Assembly (NCBI RefSeq): GCF_037042905.1
Contig: NC_087257.1
Coordinates: 11,036,001 to 11,100,000 of the forward strand
Direction of reading: 5' to 3'
Length of the DNA: 64,000 bases
Source of the DNA: Lytechinus pictus
Lineage: Eukaryota
In this document: positions 60,904-64,000 of the stretch, piece after piece
Position numbering within the stretch: the stretch's first letter is position 1
Layout: every line of letters starts with the position of its first letter
Notes under the pieces: model-generated
The model's database searches: none
What the model was told of the DNA's origin: nothing
What the model saw: the letters and a program-made list of their open reading frames with translations, nothing else
Made by a program: the position numbers and the translations under genes

Positions 60904-61071
60904 ATACCTTGGTCACATTTGTTCTACGGCGGCCGTACGGCGAGTCGAAAACAGCCGTTTTATTCATTTTTATTCAAACCACCCTTATGTAGCTGGTATT
61001 AAAAAAAATGTTAAAGCGGCTGTTTTCGACTCGCCGTACGGCCGCCGTAGAACAAATGTCACCAAGGTATA
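60904..61071. mobile_element. Near-perfect fold-back MITE
   Basis: About 55-bp TIR taccttggtcacatttgttctacggcggccgtacggcgagtcgaaaacagcc and its inverse; older partial copy at ~31505-31565. Confidence 0.8.
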
Positions 61072-63321
61072 ACGCATGCATCGTTTTTCCATAAGACATA
61101 TAAGACACACGTAAGAAATGAATTATTCTGGCGCTACCTAACACAGGTGGGCCCCGACCATCAACTTAATTGTTATAAGTTGAAGTTTATTGGGGGTTCC
61201 CACACGACGCCACAATGAAAGACATAACAATGGGAAACATGTGCATAGGTCCATAAAAACAATAATAAAAAAATGATGGTTAGATAGCTGTTTTATTGTT
61301 TGTCCTCTAATTTTGCAGCATATACATGATATAGAGACCTTCTATAATATAAAGACCCCCTATGTGCGATCTAAACTCTGAAGTGCCAATTAAAAATATA
61401 CTGATATATTAACAATATGAACGTGTTTGACTCAGCACAATGGCTCGAATTCAAGGCAATAAGTTTGAATCTTCCACAGGAAACGTGTTCATCTTATGAT
61501 TTGAAGTTGTGACAACTCGTTAGTCTGAGGGAGTTTTCGCAAGCACTACGCAGACGCTTTCTGGAACGTAGATAATCTATTGTCAAGGATCCTTCATGAC
61601 AAAGAAGTCTTTGTCGAAAATCGGTGAATTAAAACAGCAGTGTCGTCCCTGACTCTGGACAAGCCACACGTTTGCAATTCTTTCGTCAGTTCCTTATCTT
61701 AGGACGATCTGCTGTCCTGGTTCACCAATTTTCGACAAAGACCTATAAGCTGTGCACTGGGGATTAAATCAATATATTTACTTTGTTGTATAATTTGGCC
61801 CCATTGTAATTGCGAAAGGTCGCTAAGAATGAGCTAACTTCATGCTTTTTATTCAGTTATTAGAGTTTTTCAATGTGTGTTATTATATTTTTGGTCTTAA
61901 GCTTCTTCAACCCGTATCTTTCTTTTTTTGTATTACCCCACTCCTCCTTCGGAGACCTTTCTTATCTGATCACTCTCACCCCCCCCCCCCTCTCCCGTTC
62001 ACCCCCACCTTCCCTCTCTCCCCCTCCTACCACCCCCACCCCTCTCCCTCTCTCTCTATCCCTGCCTCCATTTCTATGTTTCCCCTCATGATTGTGTTCT
62101 TATAAAGGAATGTCACGACATTGCCTCTGTTACAACCCCAGAATAATTGCCTGGGCTCGACAGGGAAATTCAGAAATGTTCCCCTTTACTTGATAATTCA
62201 AGGAAATGCGACAAGGGGAATATTTTGACTATGGATTGGTCTCGATTGACATTGTCATTTATGTATTTATATTTTTGCAATATCGATGGAAACTCCTAGA
62301 AAAACATCTAACATTCGTCAGTACAATGTTGTTATGTTGCATAAATCAATTACTTGAAATTTTACCTTCTTTGTGAAGTATAGCCATGATTCATTGGAGA
62401 TTTGTTCCTGAAGGTACTGTTTTCTGAGAAAGTACCGATGATGGATACCATCTCATTTATCACCTAAGGTGGTGATAAAAAACAGGGCCTTTTCACACGT
62501 GAATCTTGAATCATCATTGTAATGATGATTGCAATTCGTATTTAGAATCATCGGACCTTTCCCACGGAAAATTCGTACCGTAAATTGAGTGAAACTTAAC
62601 TGGAATTCACCTCCAGAGTAGAATTTGAATTCGTGATTGTGATTAGCGTTCTTGATTCTAATTTGGTTTCACACGTGCTAAAAATCCGCCATTAGCCTTA
62701 TTTTTCACTGGAATCATCATTAAAATTACGATTTTTTTTACCCTGTGAAAAGGCGGATAGACATGTTGGCGTAGTTATGTATCAGGTGTGCCTTATTCAT
62801 GTTGTGGCGTTGATATGTGTAGCCGGCAATGTCAAATCTTCGAATCAGTAACGAGCGGCAATTCTGCCTGGTGATTTATCAAGTGGTCCACTCCTCTATA
62901 GTTGTATACCAGGGTTGTTTTACGAAGAGTTAGGCGTGACCGAAGAGTTTACTTCAAATTTTCAGTTGGATACTGTATGTAACGCGTAACATCATGCCAC
63001 GCTATGGCGAAGTTGCCGATTAGATGGCGTGTTAATTAAGTACCACGTGCGCGCCAAGTGTTTGTTGTAACTTTATGTCGCACTTACTATAATTCGTCAC
63101 AAAAGGCAAACCAGGACCCGCCGTATTATGTTGACTCTGCGAAATCATCAACGTGATTTCGCGTTAAATACCACGTGAATGTGAGATTTTTTAGCGTGAC
63201 TTAAATCGTCACCGCAGCGAAACAGCGCCCGCGGAACTGCGTTGCTGCTACTACTTGATACAACGTTTACCCACCACGTGCATGTTAGCGTCATTACCTT
63301 ACTCTTAACTTACGAGTCTAA

Positions 63322-63540
63322 TGGGGTGTTGCAAGAAACTTGCGATCAATTGCAATTCTAATTTTGGTCCCTAAATCAAACATGTCTTGTAGTTAATTGC
63401 AAATAAGTGATTGATTGCTAATCTGCTCCTTGAAACAAGAAGTTTAATCTGATTGGCAATGATTAACATTGATGTATCAGTTGTAAAATTGCAACAGAAT
63501 ATTTGCAATTGATCGCAAATATTTTCTTGCAACACCCCCT
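63322..63540. mobile_element. MITE (ggggtgttgcaagaaa TIR)
   Basis: ggggtgttgcaagaaa ... tttcttgcaacacccc; partial copy at ~31155-31330. Confidence 0.7.
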
Positions 63541-64000
63541 AAGTCACACTAAAATCGCCATGATAGTGGAACAGACAGCTACTGTAGTACTCTGTTGCTA
63601 CAGTGAAGCCAATAATGTGGTCCCGCGTATACCTCATGTAACTTAGAGCTAAATGGAGTGACTTTTAAGTCGCACTGATCTCGTCACGGGATTAAACAGT
63701 ATCGCAATATCATCATGTCGTATTGTGTTGAATTTAAATTCCCTTCCTTTTTTCTCTCTGACAATTACGCCCTCCTACAAATTATGCTTTCAAGAAGTTC
63801 GATAAATTCGGGAAAAATATGCCCCTCCCTCCCTTAAAAAAATGCTAATCAAATGACATGTTTTTTTTTTTATTATTTGAATACAAATAGCTTTGATACA
63901 TTATGAGGACATAATGTGGTTGCCAAGCATGATGGAATTATCTAATCTCTTTCTTGCGCTTGAAATGAAAACAAAATTCCTATCAGCTTATTGAAAACAT

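Overview
AT-rich, repeat-dense animal genomic DNA, not prokaryotic. The repeat style suggests a sea urchin or other echinoderm, but that is inference. Two intron-containing genes sit head-to-head, with only 281 bp between their start codons. (1) POLR1B/RPA2, the second-largest subunit of RNA polymerase I, on the - strand: 16 coding exons reconstructed from 19366 down to 1602 (about 648 codons), and the gene runs off the left edge of the window. (2) A complete eEF1B-alpha (EF-1-beta, EEF1B2-like) gene on the + strand: 7 exons, 19648-29671, 220 aa, with a TCT/TOP-type initiator. Its protein departs from the family in two normally conserved places. From about 30 kb to 64 kb there is no recognisable protein domain. 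That half holds MITEs, tRNA-derived SINEs, mini/microsatellites, and a plausible TATA promoter plus short first coding exon (40311-40344) of an unidentified gene. Almost all entries in the supplied ORF track are spurious or partial exon read-throughs. The most notable observations are TTAA-CCC inverted termini bracketing the shared promoter and both first exons, the divergent eEF1B, a decaying duplicate of a POLR1B exon, a 100-bp near-perfect intronic hairpin, and a Helentron-like element carrying tandem nuclear-receptor DR1 sites. I did not find a new multi-gene system that the sequence alone supports.
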